Below are positions 31,442-43,532 of a stretch of DNA of 64,000 nt, piece after piece (position 1 is the first letter of the stretch; every line of letters starts with the position of its first letter). The stretch is from positions 10,839-74,838 of the forward strand of contig CAWDIV010000001.1 in the NCBI GenBank assembly GCA_963802355.1. The letters run 5' to 3'. The translations under genes and the position numbers were made by a program. Below the pieces are notes generated by a model. That model saw only the letters and a program-made list of their open reading frames with translations. It ran no database searches and was not told the origin of the DNA. Origin of the DNA: an uncultured beta proteobacterium. GTDB lineage: Bacteria > Pseudomonadota > Gammaproteobacteria > Burkholderiales > SG8-41.

Positions 31442-31921
31442 TCAATTCCCCACGAGCGTCGCCAATTGCGAATACGGCGCAGGCGATCCGTGGCCGTGAG
31501 CGAACAGCTCTGGATTGCTCTTGACGCTGAACTGCGTGCGCGTCGCAGAATCGATGCCGCTCACGTAGCCGAGTCCGTCGGACACGATCTCGCTATAGTT
31601 CTGGAGCAGCGGCTTGGGCGTGCGCACGACCTTGCGCTCCCAGTCGATGCGGGCCGCGCCGGCCGTGAGGTCGCGCTGGACGAAGAATTTGGACTCGCTG
31701 CCCTGCCGCGATTCCGCTTCCTTGCCCGGCGTGAGCGAGGACTCGATCTCGTACACGATGTTGCTGCCGCGGATAGCGACAGTCTTCAACTCGCCGAGCG
31801 CGGCTTCGCCTCCCATCGCCTCCACCGCTCGCGCGACAGGGTTCTGGGCAGATGCCGCGATTGCGGGTTGGTACCAGAAGCTGACCACCAGGAACAGCGC
31901 GATCCTGAATGAAATTGTCAT
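31442..31921 (-). CDS. Truncated paralog of the MBL-fold proteins: N-terminal domain start fused to the C-terminal tail, with no MBL core
   Basis: The N-terminus NPVARAVEAMGGEAALGELKTVAIRG parallels NRAVEAMGGENAVRQVKTVVMTV and NRALDAMGGAESYARVKTITVKG. The C-terminus FAHGHGSPAPYSQLATLVGN parallels FAAGHGVVADYAPLAALAGN. Confidence 0.55.
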   Translation of the reverse strand: MTISFRIALFLVVSFWYQPAIAASAQNPVARAVEAMGGEAALGELKTVAIRGSNIVYEIESSLTPGKEAESRQGSESKFFVQRDLTAGAARIDWERKVVRTPKPLLQNYSEIVSDGLGYVSGIDSATRTQFSVKSNPELFAHGHGSPAPYSQLATLVGN

Positions 31922-31956
31922 GACGTCCTCCTTTTTGTTTCCCAGTGCCACCAGTG

Positions 31957-32292
31957 CTACCGCCGGTTGGGATTGAGCGAGCCCCTGTTGTAGTCCTTGT
32001 CTCCCGGCATGATGCAACGCCCAAACCCGAGCAGACCACCCTGCGATCCCGCCGGACAGCCCTGATTTTCGGGATGCTGCTCGGCGACTTTCCGCGCCGC
32101 AGCAGCCTTCTGCGGGTTGACGTACTCCCAGCGGCCGTTGGGATGGAGGAGGACGCGATCGCCTTGGGCGGTCGTGGCCTCGACAGCCGCGCCCACCGGC
32201 TCGGCACTGGCGGCGATTCCTGATGCGGCCAGCCAGAGCAAAACGGTCGCCTGAGCGGCCGACCTGCTCCAGAGGCTTTCGTGGCAAGACAC
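31957..32292 (-). CDS. Small secreted hypothetical protein
   Basis: GTG start 2 nt after the upstream stop. Signal peptide LWSRSAAQATVLLWLAASGIAASA. The remainder of the long ORF 31957..33018 is an antisense shadow. Confidence 0.45.
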   Translation of the reverse strand: MSCHESLWSRSAAQATVLLWLAASGIAASAEPVGAAVEATTAQGDRVLLHPNGRWEYVNPQKAAAARKVAEQHPENQGCPAGSQGGLLGFGRCIMPGDKDYNRGSLNPNRR

Positions 32293-32294
32293 TG

Positions 32295-33881
32295 CTAGTT
32301 CCCCGCCAACGCGGCGAGCGGCGCGTAATCCGCCACGACGCCGTGACCGGCCGCGAACCGGGTCGGCGCGATGCCCGCCTTTTTCACCGCGCTGGCCAGC
32401 GCAGCGAGCGGCGAGGTGATCTTTTCCGGCAGCTTGGGCCCGGGGCTCCAGATATCGGTTACGTAGCCGATCCGAGCGTCGGCGACGTAGCCGATCAGGT
32501 AGGCGGAGGAATGCGGATTCTCGATGAGGTGCGCGGAGACTTCCCGCTTGCCGTCGTTGAACACGTGCTTGTCGGCGACTTCGATGATCCGCGTGCCGGA
32601 GAGGTCGCGGGTTGCCGCGAGATCGGGATTGCGCGTGTAAGGCGCGGCCAACACCTTGCGGTAATGCGCGCCGGCGCCCTGCCCCACGACCAGAGTGGCG
32701 CCTTGCGCGGCGTATGCGCGTATGCCGCCCGCGTGATCCATGTGATGGTGGGTAAGGACCACGAACCGGATCGGCTTGCCCGGATATTTCGCCTGTGCCG
32801 CCGCGATCGTCCAGTTCGACTGCCCGTCGGTCACTGGCGCATCGAACACGATGAGGTAATCGCTCATTTCCACGATCAGGCTGTGGTGCGTTCCACCGGC
32901 CTGGTGCTGCACGCCCGGCGCGATTTCGTTCAAGCGCAGGCTGGAAGTCGCGCGCGTGTCGAAGCTCACGTTGTCGGAATCCATGTAAGTGCCGATGAAC
33001 TGGCGTCGCAAGATCCACTGGTACGGCACGTTTCCGGTCGCCGGTTTCGCGGCCCCGGTCTTGAGCTCGGCGGGCACGTCGAACCTGGACGCTTGGACCG
33101 ATGGGTTGACCGTCACTTCCGTCAACTTGACTTCAGTGATGACCCGACCGTTCAGCTCGTATTTCTGGCTGGCAGGGACCCGGATGCCGCCCATGCTGGT
33201 CCAGTCGGAAAGCACCACGTCGTAGTTCACGTCGCCCCACATGTTGTCGTAATCGAGCGTGCGGACGCGCGCGGGCAGCCCGGTCTGCGGATCGAACAGC
33301 ACGGTATATGTGTAAGCGCCGGCGTTGTAGTTCACCGCCTGATACGTAACGCCCCCGATGGCGATGTCCGGACTACCGCTCAGCTTGTCCGGACTGTTGC
33401 GCATTTCCAAAAGAAGGAGCGGTGACACCCGGCGCAGTTCCCGCTGGGTGGCGGTAAGCCGCAGGCCGGACATCGAGTGCGCCGGAGATTTCATCTTCGC
33501 AGCCTGACTGTTGAGGGCATTTGCTTCCCTGCCGATCACGTAACCGGCCTCCGGTGTGACGATCTCGCTGAACGTGAATGTGCGAGGCGCCGGATAGGCG
33601 AAGTTCTTCACCCAGTCGGTCCGCACGGAGCGCGTCGCGTAGTCGGCGACCGTTTCGAAATTCGCATCGTTCGCATGTCGCATTTCGCCGCCCGGCGTGT
33701 GGGACTGCTCGGGCTCCCACTGCTTCCAGTTGCCCTTCACGGTGATGGTCTTCACCCTGGCGTACGATTCCGCGCCCCCCATGGCGTCGAGCGCGCGGTT
33801 GACGAGGTTCTGCGGCGGCTGCACCGTCGCACAGGAACCCATGGCCAAAGACAGAAAGAGCACCCAGAGAACGCGTTTCAT
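32295..33881 (-). CDS. Secreted MBL-fold metallo-hydrolase with N-terminal domain (paralog 2)
   Basis: VVLTHHHMDHAGGIRAY. Lipoprotein-like signal LSLAMGSC. Intact, 528 aa. Confidence 0.8.
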   Translation of the reverse strand: MKRVLWVLFLSLAMGSCATVQPPQNLVNRALDAMGGAESYARVKTITVKGNWKQWEPEQSHTPGGEMRHANDANFETVADYATRSVRTDWVKNFAYPAPRTFTFSEIVTPEAGYVIGREANALNSQAAKMKSPAHSMSGLRLTATQRELRRVSPLLLLEMRNSPDKLSGSPDIAIGGVTYQAVNYNAGAYTYTVLFDPQTGLPARVRTLDYDNMWGDVNYDVVLSDWTSMGGIRVPASQKYELNGRVITEVKLTEVTVNPSVQASRFDVPAELKTGAAKPATGNVPYQWILRRQFIGTYMDSDNVSFDTRATSSLRLNEIAPGVQHQAGGTHHSLIVEMSDYLIVFDAPVTDGQSNWTIAAAQAKYPGKPIRFVVLTHHHMDHAGGIRAYAAQGATLVVGQGAGAHYRKVLAAPYTRNPDLAATRDLSGTRIIEVADKHVFNDGKREVSAHLIENPHSSAYLIGYVADARIGYVTDIWSPGPKLPEKITSPLAALASAVKKAGIAPTRFAAGHGVVADYAPLAALAGN

Positions 33882-34198
33882 AAGACCCCCTTTGCTCGCG
33901 TATCGATCTGTTGACTATTTCCAAAAATTCGGTTCGTAGGCGACCAGAATGGTGGGTGAACAGTCTATCTCGGGCGGAAATTCCGCGCCACATGCCCGCA
34001 TGCCCGCCGCAATTATCCACCTACCAAGTCGCAACCCCATCGATCGCGGCGGGCATAATCTGCGCCGAAACAAGCGCCTGCGGGAGCTTACCGGGCCGGG
34101 TACCCGCAGCCTGCGCCATGGAGAGGAGGAGCGGCCGCGACACGTTACAGGCAGCCCCGTTTGCGGGAGCGACCGCAAACCCCCCCAATACCTGAATG

Positions 34199-36914
<2,716 letters not shown>

Positions 36915-37024
36915 TCAAAATCCGAATGATTTCTCATTTTAGATTCCGCCGGTGGAATTAATCCAGGGCAGGCGCCAGTTCAATGCGGATTGTCCGCTCC
37001 GTTCCGGCCATGGACGACCGGAAT

Positions 37025-37375
37025 CTAGCGCAACCGCTTCGTTTCCTCCACCCGCAGCCCGAGCGACGTGCCGCCGACGATCACCACGCTCTTCACGATA
37101 CCCTTGAGCGCGACGTCGGAATTCTCGGCCGGCACCGCACTTTCCGTCACCACCGGCGATTTCAGCCGTTTCATCCTGCAAGACGTTACGCCTTCAGGCC
37201 AAGCAGCTCGCAGCGTCCCTTTGGCGCGGCCCTTCAACTGTGACCTCTTACCCTCGAACTGGCCCGGCGCCGACGTGATCTCCCTGACCGGTGTATAGCC
37301 GAATGGCAGGTAGTCGCAGCCGGCCATGCTTGTGGCCGCCATCGCAAGTGCAACAGTAACCGTTCTGAATGTCAT
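37025..37375 (-). CDS. Small lipoprotein (OB-fold-like); probably 2-3 internal frameshifts
   Basis: Lipobox AMAATSMAGC. The middle segment reads better as ..ELLGLKAYVLQDETAEI.VVTESAVPAE using the neighbouring frames (37130-37200). Confidence 0.5.
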   Translation of the reverse strand: MTFRTVTVALAMAATSMAGCDYLPFGYTPVREITSAPGQFEGKRSQLKGRAKGTLRAAWPEGVTSCRMKRLKSPVVTESAVPAENSDVALKGIVKSVVIVGGTSLGLRVEETKRLR

Positions 37376-37512
37376 GGTCCGAGTGATGGCCGATACGGGA
37401 TTCGGGATCGAGCTTCGGCAAGGTGAAGACGGCCGCTGCCAATCCGCGGTTCCTCATTCATCACTCGTCACGCATCAGCATCTCGTATCCCGCATCTCAT
37501 CATCACTCATCA

Positions 37513-37990
37513 CTACCCTTGATCACCTTGAAGATCACGTCCAGCTCGAATCCCCGCCCCTGAAGGAACCGGACCTGACGTGCGCGTTCTGCCGCGCCGT
37601 CGGTAGCCTTCCGAACTTGCGGCGCCATACCGCCGCGCCGCTTCCAGCTCGCCTTCCTTCAGCTCCGGCAGCACCGCGGCTACCGCTTCCTCGGAAACGC
37701 CCTGGTCGCGCAGGTCTCGCTCGATTCTCCGGGCGCCGAACCGGCTGCGGCGCGTGTACCAGCTGCTCGCAACGCGCGTCTCGGAGAGCCAGCCGCGCGC
37801 CTCGAGCTCGTCGAGCAAGGCTTCGATCTCGCCAGGATCGGCGTCACGGCGGCAAGCTTACGCGCAAGCTCGCGGCGGGTATGCTCGCGCCGCGCGAGCA
37901 GCTTCAGCGCCCGCGCCCGCAGGCTGTCGCCCGACGCGACGGCTCTCTGGTCCGCCGCCCTCGTCGCTTCGCCCGCCTGTGCCTTTTCGC
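37513..37990 (-). CDS. recX: RecA regulator RecX; frameshifted, boundaries approximate
   Basis: [25 protein letters not shown] (frame of 37680..048) continues as [43 protein letters not shown] (frame of 37513..818). Confidence 0.75.
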
Positions 37991-37999
37991 TGCTTCCTT

Positions 38000-39052
<1,053 letters not shown>

Positions 39053-39078
39053 GTATGGTTTCCTTTTTTATGGACGGG

Positions 39079-39399
39079 AATGAAGGGATACCCCTCATGC
39101 TCCCTGGAACCTATCTCAACCATAGGCACGTGTGCGACGGAGGCGATGTGGGATGCAGTTCGAGGAGGAGAGCCCGCAGCAATATGTCGATATTGCAAGG
39201 GCTCCCGACGAACGAAATGCGCCCAGAGCGCCCCGTCCCTTCGGGTTGCGGCCAGGACGGGCGGCTGCGTTGTTGCCCGGCTTATCGACAGGCTGTCTCC
39301 TGAATTTGATTCAGGAGGCAGCCCGGCCTGCGCCGTGCGCCTCGCATCCATCCCGTCCTGGCCACAACGCATCACGCGCCTATGGTTGAGATAGGTTCC
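39079..39399. repeat. Copy 1 of a roughly 300-320 nt stem-closed structured element (candidate ncRNA or non-autonomous mobile element)
   Basis: About 95% identical to 47190-47486. It has a 22-nt terminal complement (39106-39127 / 39378-39399), a 12-nt internal long-range complement, and several hairpins. No ORF is conserved between the copies. Confidence 0.85.
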
Positions 39400-39781
39400 G
39401 GTTAGCAGCTGTTTCGTCAATGATCGAAACAGCCTGATTAAAGTAGGCCCGTATTTTAAACTACCCCTGCCGCCATCACGTGCTTTCATGCATCAAAGGT
39501 TTAAACGCGCGGCGCGAATTTTCAGTTGACTTCGTCGGCCACATCAGCGTCTTGGTACCACAAAGTGACTACTAACGTGACCGCCGACGGTTACCCAGAT
39601 CTGACCAAGCATAGGACTGGGGTAGAGCCCTCGGCCTAAAGCACCTCAGGGGATCGCGAGAGATTGATCTCGGCACCGACTAACTTCCGAAGAATGCGTT
39701 ACTCCTCAGGCCTTCGCGACGCTCAAATGACCCTAGAAGTCACTCTGCATCCATTACGGTCGGGTAATGAACCTGCAACTC

Positions 39782-40096
39782 TCATAGGCGCTCGATCGGC
39801 TGCGCTCGGACTACCAGCTCCTGCTGGGCAAACCGGCGCTCGAGGTCTCCCCGAAACCGTTCCCACCATGCGCGGTCAAGCTCCTCGACCATCACTTCGT
39901 AGACGACGATGTCGTCGCGCGCCGCCCGCCCGCCGTCGTCGCTCCACAGTCCTTCAGCCGGCGCGCGGGTGTACGCAGTGAATCCGCCGAACCGCTCCGC
40001 GAGCTCGCCGCGGACCGCCGCGTAGTGTGAAGCGGGAAACGGCTTCCCGGCGTTGTTGTAAACCGGTAGAAGAAGCTGGACGAGGTATGCGGACAT
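39782..40096 (-). CDS. Hypothetical protein (104 aa)
   Basis: ATG 40096 is preceded by AGGAGAA and starts 8 nt after the GNAT stop. MSAYLVQLLLPVYNNAGKPFPASHYAAVRGELAERFGGFTAY. Confidence 0.6.
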   Translation of the reverse strand: MSAYLVQLLLPVYNNAGKPFPASHYAAVRGELAERFGGFTAYTRAPAEGLWSDDGGRAARDDIVVYEVMVEELDRAWWERFRGDLERRFAQQELVVRAQPIERL

Positions 40097-40106
40097 ATTG
40101 TTCTCC

Positions 40107-40598
40107 TCATAGCAGCGTTTGCCAGAAGCCGACGTCGACCCACTGATCGAACTTGCGCCCCACCTGCGGAAAGTGGGCGACCTTGTTGAACCCGCACTTT
40201 TCGTGGAACGCGACGCTGCCCGGATTGGGGAGCGCAATGCAGCCGATGACCGCGTGTACGGCTTGCCGCCGCAGCGCCTCCAGCAAGGCCATGTACAGCG
40301 GAAAGCCGACGCCCGATCCCGTCGCGTCTCTGCGCACGTACACGGTGCTCTCCACCGTACGATCGTACGCCGCCCGCGACCGCCAGCGCGTCGCGTAAGC
40401 GTATGCCACGACAACCTGCTCCGACTCGGCGACGAGCCACGGATACGCTCCGGCGGTATCCCTGATGCGCGCACCCATGTCCGGCACGGAAACGGGCTCC
40501 TGCTCGAAGGTGACGACGGTATCGGTTACGTAGTGGTTGTAGATTCCGCAGATCGCCTGCGCGTCGGCCTCGGTGACCTTGCGAATGGCGGTTTTCAA
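40107..40598 (-). CDS. GNAT N-acetyltransferase, phosphinothricin/methionine-sulfoximine acetyltransferase-like
   Basis: IRKVTEADAQAICGIYNHYVTDTVVTFEQEPVSVPDM..PWLVAE..VESTVYVRRDATGSGVG..SVAFHEKCGF. The TTG start at 40598 overlaps the upstream stop. Confidence 0.85.
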   Translation of the reverse strand: MKTAIRKVTEADAQAICGIYNHYVTDTVVTFEQEPVSVPDMGARIRDTAGAYPWLVAESEQVVVAYAYATRWRSRAAYDRTVESTVYVRRDATGSGVGFPLYMALLEALRRQAVHAVIGCIALPNPGSVAFHEKCGFNKVAHFPQVGRKFDQWVDVGFWQTLL

Positions 40599-40861
40599 CG
40601 CGCCCGGGGCTTCCGCACGAAAGGATTGAGCTTGTCGATATCGGCTTGCACCTGCTCGCGGCTGCGCTCGTACACGATCTCCCGGCCCATCACCGAACCG
40701 GCGTATGCGAGCCCGTTGCGGGTCGGCGACAGCGTGCACTTGACGCTGTGTATACCTTCACCGAGCACCACTTCGATATGTTCGGCGCGCTTGTTGAGCA
40801 CCACGACGTCCAGTGTCTGCCTCGTTTCGGTGACACGTACTGTTATCTTCTCCGTATTCAT
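40595..40861 (-). CDS. Hypothetical small protein (88 aa), translationally coupled to the GNAT gene
   Basis: ORF with the ATG at 40861. Its stop overlaps the downstream TTG start. No recognisable motif. Confidence 0.5.
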   Translation of the reverse strand: MNTEKITVRVTETRQTLDVVVLNKRAEHIEVVLGEGIHSVKCTLSPTRNGLAYAGSVMGREIVYERSREQVQADIDKLNPFVRKPRAR

Positions 40862-40907
40862 TTTCTCACCGCCTTGTAATTCGGGACTGTTATCGCGCTA
40901 TTAGCAG

Positions 40908-41390
40908 TTAGCTAATCGTTGGTGTTCCAGCGAGCAGCGCGAGCACGCCTTTCAACGCATGCTCCACCGAATGCCGCCGCACGGCCTCGCGGTCGCCGGG
41001 AAATCGCACCGTCTCCGCTACGGGCGCGGTCCCCTTGGCGCCCCAAGCCAGGCACACGGTGCCTACTGGCTTCTCAGGAGTGCCCCCACTCGGGCCGGCG
41101 ACGCCGCTTACGGCAACGGCGATTTGCGCGTGACTATGTGCGAGCGCGCCCCGCACCATCTCGAGCACCACCTCTTCCGACACCGCGCCGTGCTTTTCCA
41201 GCGTCATATCCTGCACGCCCAGCATTTCGCGCTTGGATATGTAGGTGTACGTGACAAAGCCGCGCTCGAACCACTCCGAGCTGCCCGGCACCATGGTGAT
41301 AGCCTCGGCGACCCACCCGCCGGTGCACGACTCGGCCGTCGCCAGCATCAGCTTGCGGCTCTTCAACTCGGCGCCCACCTGCTCTGCCAA
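40908..41390 (-). CDS. pncC: CinA C-terminal domain protein / nicotinamide-nucleotide amidohydrolase PncC
   Basis: LATAESCTGGWVAEAITMVPGSSEWFERGFVTY..AVAVSGVAGPSGG. The longer ORF start (41531) runs through a repeat; the TTG at 41390 was chosen. Confidence 0.85.
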   Translation of the reverse strand: MAEQVGAELKSRKLMLATAESCTGGWVAEAITMVPGSSEWFERGFVTYTYISKREMLGVQDMTLEKHGAVSEEVVLEMVRGALAHSHAQIAVAVSGVAGPSGGTPEKPVGTVCLAWGAKGTAPVAETVRFPGDREAVRRHSVEHALKGVLALLAGTPTIS

Positions 41391-41396
41391 CCGGTA

Positions 41397-41560
41397 GAGA
41401 TCGAGTGTCGAGTGTCGAGTGTCGAGTGTCGATGGGCGTCTACGCCTGGCATCTGGTTTCCGTTTGGCGCTTCCAGCGTTCTGCCTCCTGCTCTTTCTCT
41501 TCATTCCTCGTCCCTCGTCACGCGCAGCCAATCACTCGACACCCGGCACTCGTCCCTCTG
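41397..41560. repeat. Heptamer-arm hairpin element (GTGTCGA family)
   Basis: Left arm GAGA(TCGAGTG)x4 TCGA at 41397-41432. A partial complement TCACTCGACACCCGGCACTCG lies at 41532-41552. Confidence 0.7.
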
Positions 41561-41565
41561 CCCGG

Positions 41566-42066
41566 TCACTCAATAATCGTTTTCGCGATAGCGAACACCA
41601 GCAGCGTATAAAACACCACCACCAGGTCATCGAGCATGACGCCAAAGCCGTTCTTGAACGTGCGCTCGTAATAGCGGATAGGCGGCGGCTTGAGGATATC
41701 AAACAGGCGGAACAGCAGGAATGCCAAAGCCTGCCAGAGCAGCGTCGCCGGGATGAAGAACAGCACGAGCAGGAACGCGACCACCTCGTCCCACACCATG
41801 CCGCCATAGTCCGCAACACCTATTGCCTGTCCCGTCACTTCGCATGCCCAGACACCGAGCGCGAATAACGCGGCCACTACCAGGAGAAACTCGAGCGCCC
41901 CGAGCCACGGCGCCATCAGCCAGTAGAGCGGCAGCGCGAGCAGCGTGCCCATCGTCCCCGGCGCCAGCGGTACGAGCCCAGCCCCGCCCCCGAACGCGAT
42001 GAAATGGGCCGGATGGCGCAGCAGGAAGCGCCACGACGGACGCAGAACGAGACCGGTGCTAGACAT
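41566..42066 (-). CDS. pgpA: Phosphatidylglycerophosphatase A
   Basis: HPAHFIAFGGGAGLVPLAPGTMGTLLALPLY...GVADYGGMVWDEVVAF..FRLFDILKPPPI. Confidence 0.9.
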   Translation of the reverse strand: MSSTGLVLRPSWRFLLRHPAHFIAFGGGAGLVPLAPGTMGTLLALPLYWLMAPWLGALEFLLVVAALFALGVWACEVTGQAIGVADYGGMVWDEVVAFLLVLFFIPATLLWQALAFLLFRLFDILKPPPIRYYERTFKNGFGVMLDDLVVVFYTLLVFAIAKTIIE

Positions 42067-42132
42067 TACAACGGCGCACGAAACTACAAGGATACCCCGC
42101 TGGCGGGAAACCGGTGCCGTATCCCGCGGTAT

Positions 42133-42381
42133 TCAATGCCGCCCTTCCGCAGTTGCCAGCAGTCCAAACGCGACCGCGGCAGCCACGACGAACGGCGCGA
42201 ACGCGTGCAAATCAAACCCGAGCACCAGCACCCATCCTGCTCCAAAGACTGCGAGGACGCCCAGCGCTTCGGTCGCGCGCTGCGCGATGGTGGGGCGGCG
42301 CGACAGCAGCAAGGCGAGTATGGCGACGACGACGAACAGGACCCGCCAGACCAGGCCACCGAGGTTCAATTCCATGAGCAT
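42133..42381 (-). CDS. Small integral membrane protein (82 aa, about 3 TM)
   Basis: Hydrophobic throughout (LVWRVLFVVVAILALLL; LGVLAVFGAGWVLVLGF; FVVAAAVAFGLLA). Confidence 0.5.
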   Translation of the reverse strand: MLMELNLGGLVWRVLFVVVAILALLLSRRPTIAQRATEALGVLAVFGAGWVLVLGFDLHAFAPFVVAAAVAFGLLATAEGRH

Positions 42382-42435
42382 CCTCCGTCGGGTTATTGGG
42401 ACTGCCCTTTAGACAAGCCCGATACGGTCGGCGGT

Positions 42436-43203
42436 TCACCCTGCCATGGTGGGAACTTCTGCGACAATTTGCTTACGCCGGCGGAGCATGAGATAGATGA
42501 AAAATATCCCGAGCGCAGCCAGCAGGTGCTTCAGCGTGTGCCCGCTCATCGCTTGCGCCGTGAGCGCGTATATCTCTCGGTCCTGGAATTCGGCGACCTT
42601 AGCCAGGAGATACGCTGCGAGCGCGTACGCGAGGTATGCCCGATGCGTATATCTCCGCGGATACGCCAGCAGCACAAAAACGATGGCAAGAAGCGGGGCG
42701 GCTTGGCACCAGACGTAAACCCGCAGGTCATCCGTGTAGCCCCACCACGCGACGCTCGCGATTCCCACCGCGACCGCCGGCGCGAGGATGGCGCGCTCAG
42801 CGCCGGCTCCCAGGTGCTCGGTCAAGAGCGCCGAGAACAACGCCATGAACGCAAGCATGATCGGCAACCGGTCCCACACCAGCGTTTCATTGTTCGGCGT
42901 CCAGTGGTAATAGGCGGAGCCGAAGAAAACGAGTGTCACACCCAGGAAAAAGACCGTCCACGATCGTGTCGCTCCGGACGCTGACCTCCCGAAACAGAAC
43001 ACCAGCCCTGCGATGCCGATCAGCAGGAAGGCAAGATTGGACAAGACGTTTTGGAAGCTGGGGATGCCCCACCAGGCCCGATCGTCGGCGAGGGCATGAA
43101 ACGCCAGATCCTGGGATATGGGCGGCCTCGTCAGGATCAAGGCGAGCGGAGCAAGCACGACCGCCGTCAACGCCCACTCGCGCCAGTGGCGCGTCGGAGT
43201 CAT
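42436..43203 (-). CDS. Ceramidase-like (alkaline phytoceramidase family) membrane protein
   Basis: Seven TM segments with GSAYYHWTPNNETLVWDRLPIMLAF and SGHTLKHLLAA, resembling bacterial ceramidase-domain proteins. Confidence 0.6.
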   Translation of the reverse strand: MTPTRHWREWALTAVVLAPLALILTRPPISQDLAFHALADDRAWWGIPSFQNVLSNLAFLLIGIAGLVFCFGRSASGATRSWTVFFLGVTLVFFGSAYYHWTPNNETLVWDRLPIMLAFMALFSALLTEHLGAGAERAILAPAVAVGIASVAWWGYTDDLRVYVWCQAAPLLAIVFVLLAYPRRYTHRAYLAYALAAYLLAKVAEFQDREIYALTAQAMSGHTLKHLLAALGIFFIYLMLRRRKQIVAEVPTMAG

Positions 43204-43227
43204 GCGTCAAGCCTCGACAATCACGGG

Positions 43228-43521
43228 TTACGGGTGATTGTCGTAGCCATCGGAATTCGGCCCGACGCCGGCGCCCGGCCGTATTTTCAAAGCCAGATAA
43301 TCCGCGAGCCCTTCACGCAGGGTGTGGCTATGGAAACGCCAGGTAAAGAGGTGGGCCATCTCGTGTATGTAAGTCTCGACGCGCCCGCCGGATGCCGCCA
43401 GCTGAGCCTGTTGGACGATCTGCTGGTCGCTCACAACACGCCCGCGCTGCGCCCAGGCGCTCGAGCCTGCTGCGACAATCGCGAACAGAGAAATGCTCAG
43501 GGCGAGGGCTCGTTGCGGCAT
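43228..43521 (-). CDS. Small secreted protein with an HExxH motif
   Basis: Signal peptide MPQRALALSISLFAIVAAGSSAWA, then ETYIHEMAHLFTW. Confidence 0.5.
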   Translation of the reverse strand: MPQRALALSISLFAIVAAGSSAWAQRGRVVSDQQIVQQAQLAASGGRVETYIHEMAHLFTWRFHSHTLREGLADYLALKIRPGAGVGPNSDGYDNHP

Positions 43522-43532
43522 ACGTCTACCGA

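Noticed and set aside
39055-39303. ORFs inside the structured element (39055..39303, 38827..39489, 47210..47431, 47183..47452) as possible small proteins
   Set aside because: The two copies differ by indels that destroy any common frame. The substitutions in the shared part are mostly non-synonymous (T/I, V/L, L/F), and the sequence is dominated by self-complementary segments.
39053-39780. LexA/SOS box (CTGT-N8-ACAG) upstream of recA
   Set aside because: No match was found. The palindrome GCTGTTTCG-N8-CGAAACAGC at 39408-39433 has the wrong spacing (CTGT-N16-ACAG).
40107-40861. GNAT toxin / RHH antitoxin (TacAT-like) module
   Set aside because: The acetyltransferase matches the phosphinothricin/MSO-acetyltransferase pattern along its whole length, and the upstream 88-aa protein lacks DUF1778/RHH features.
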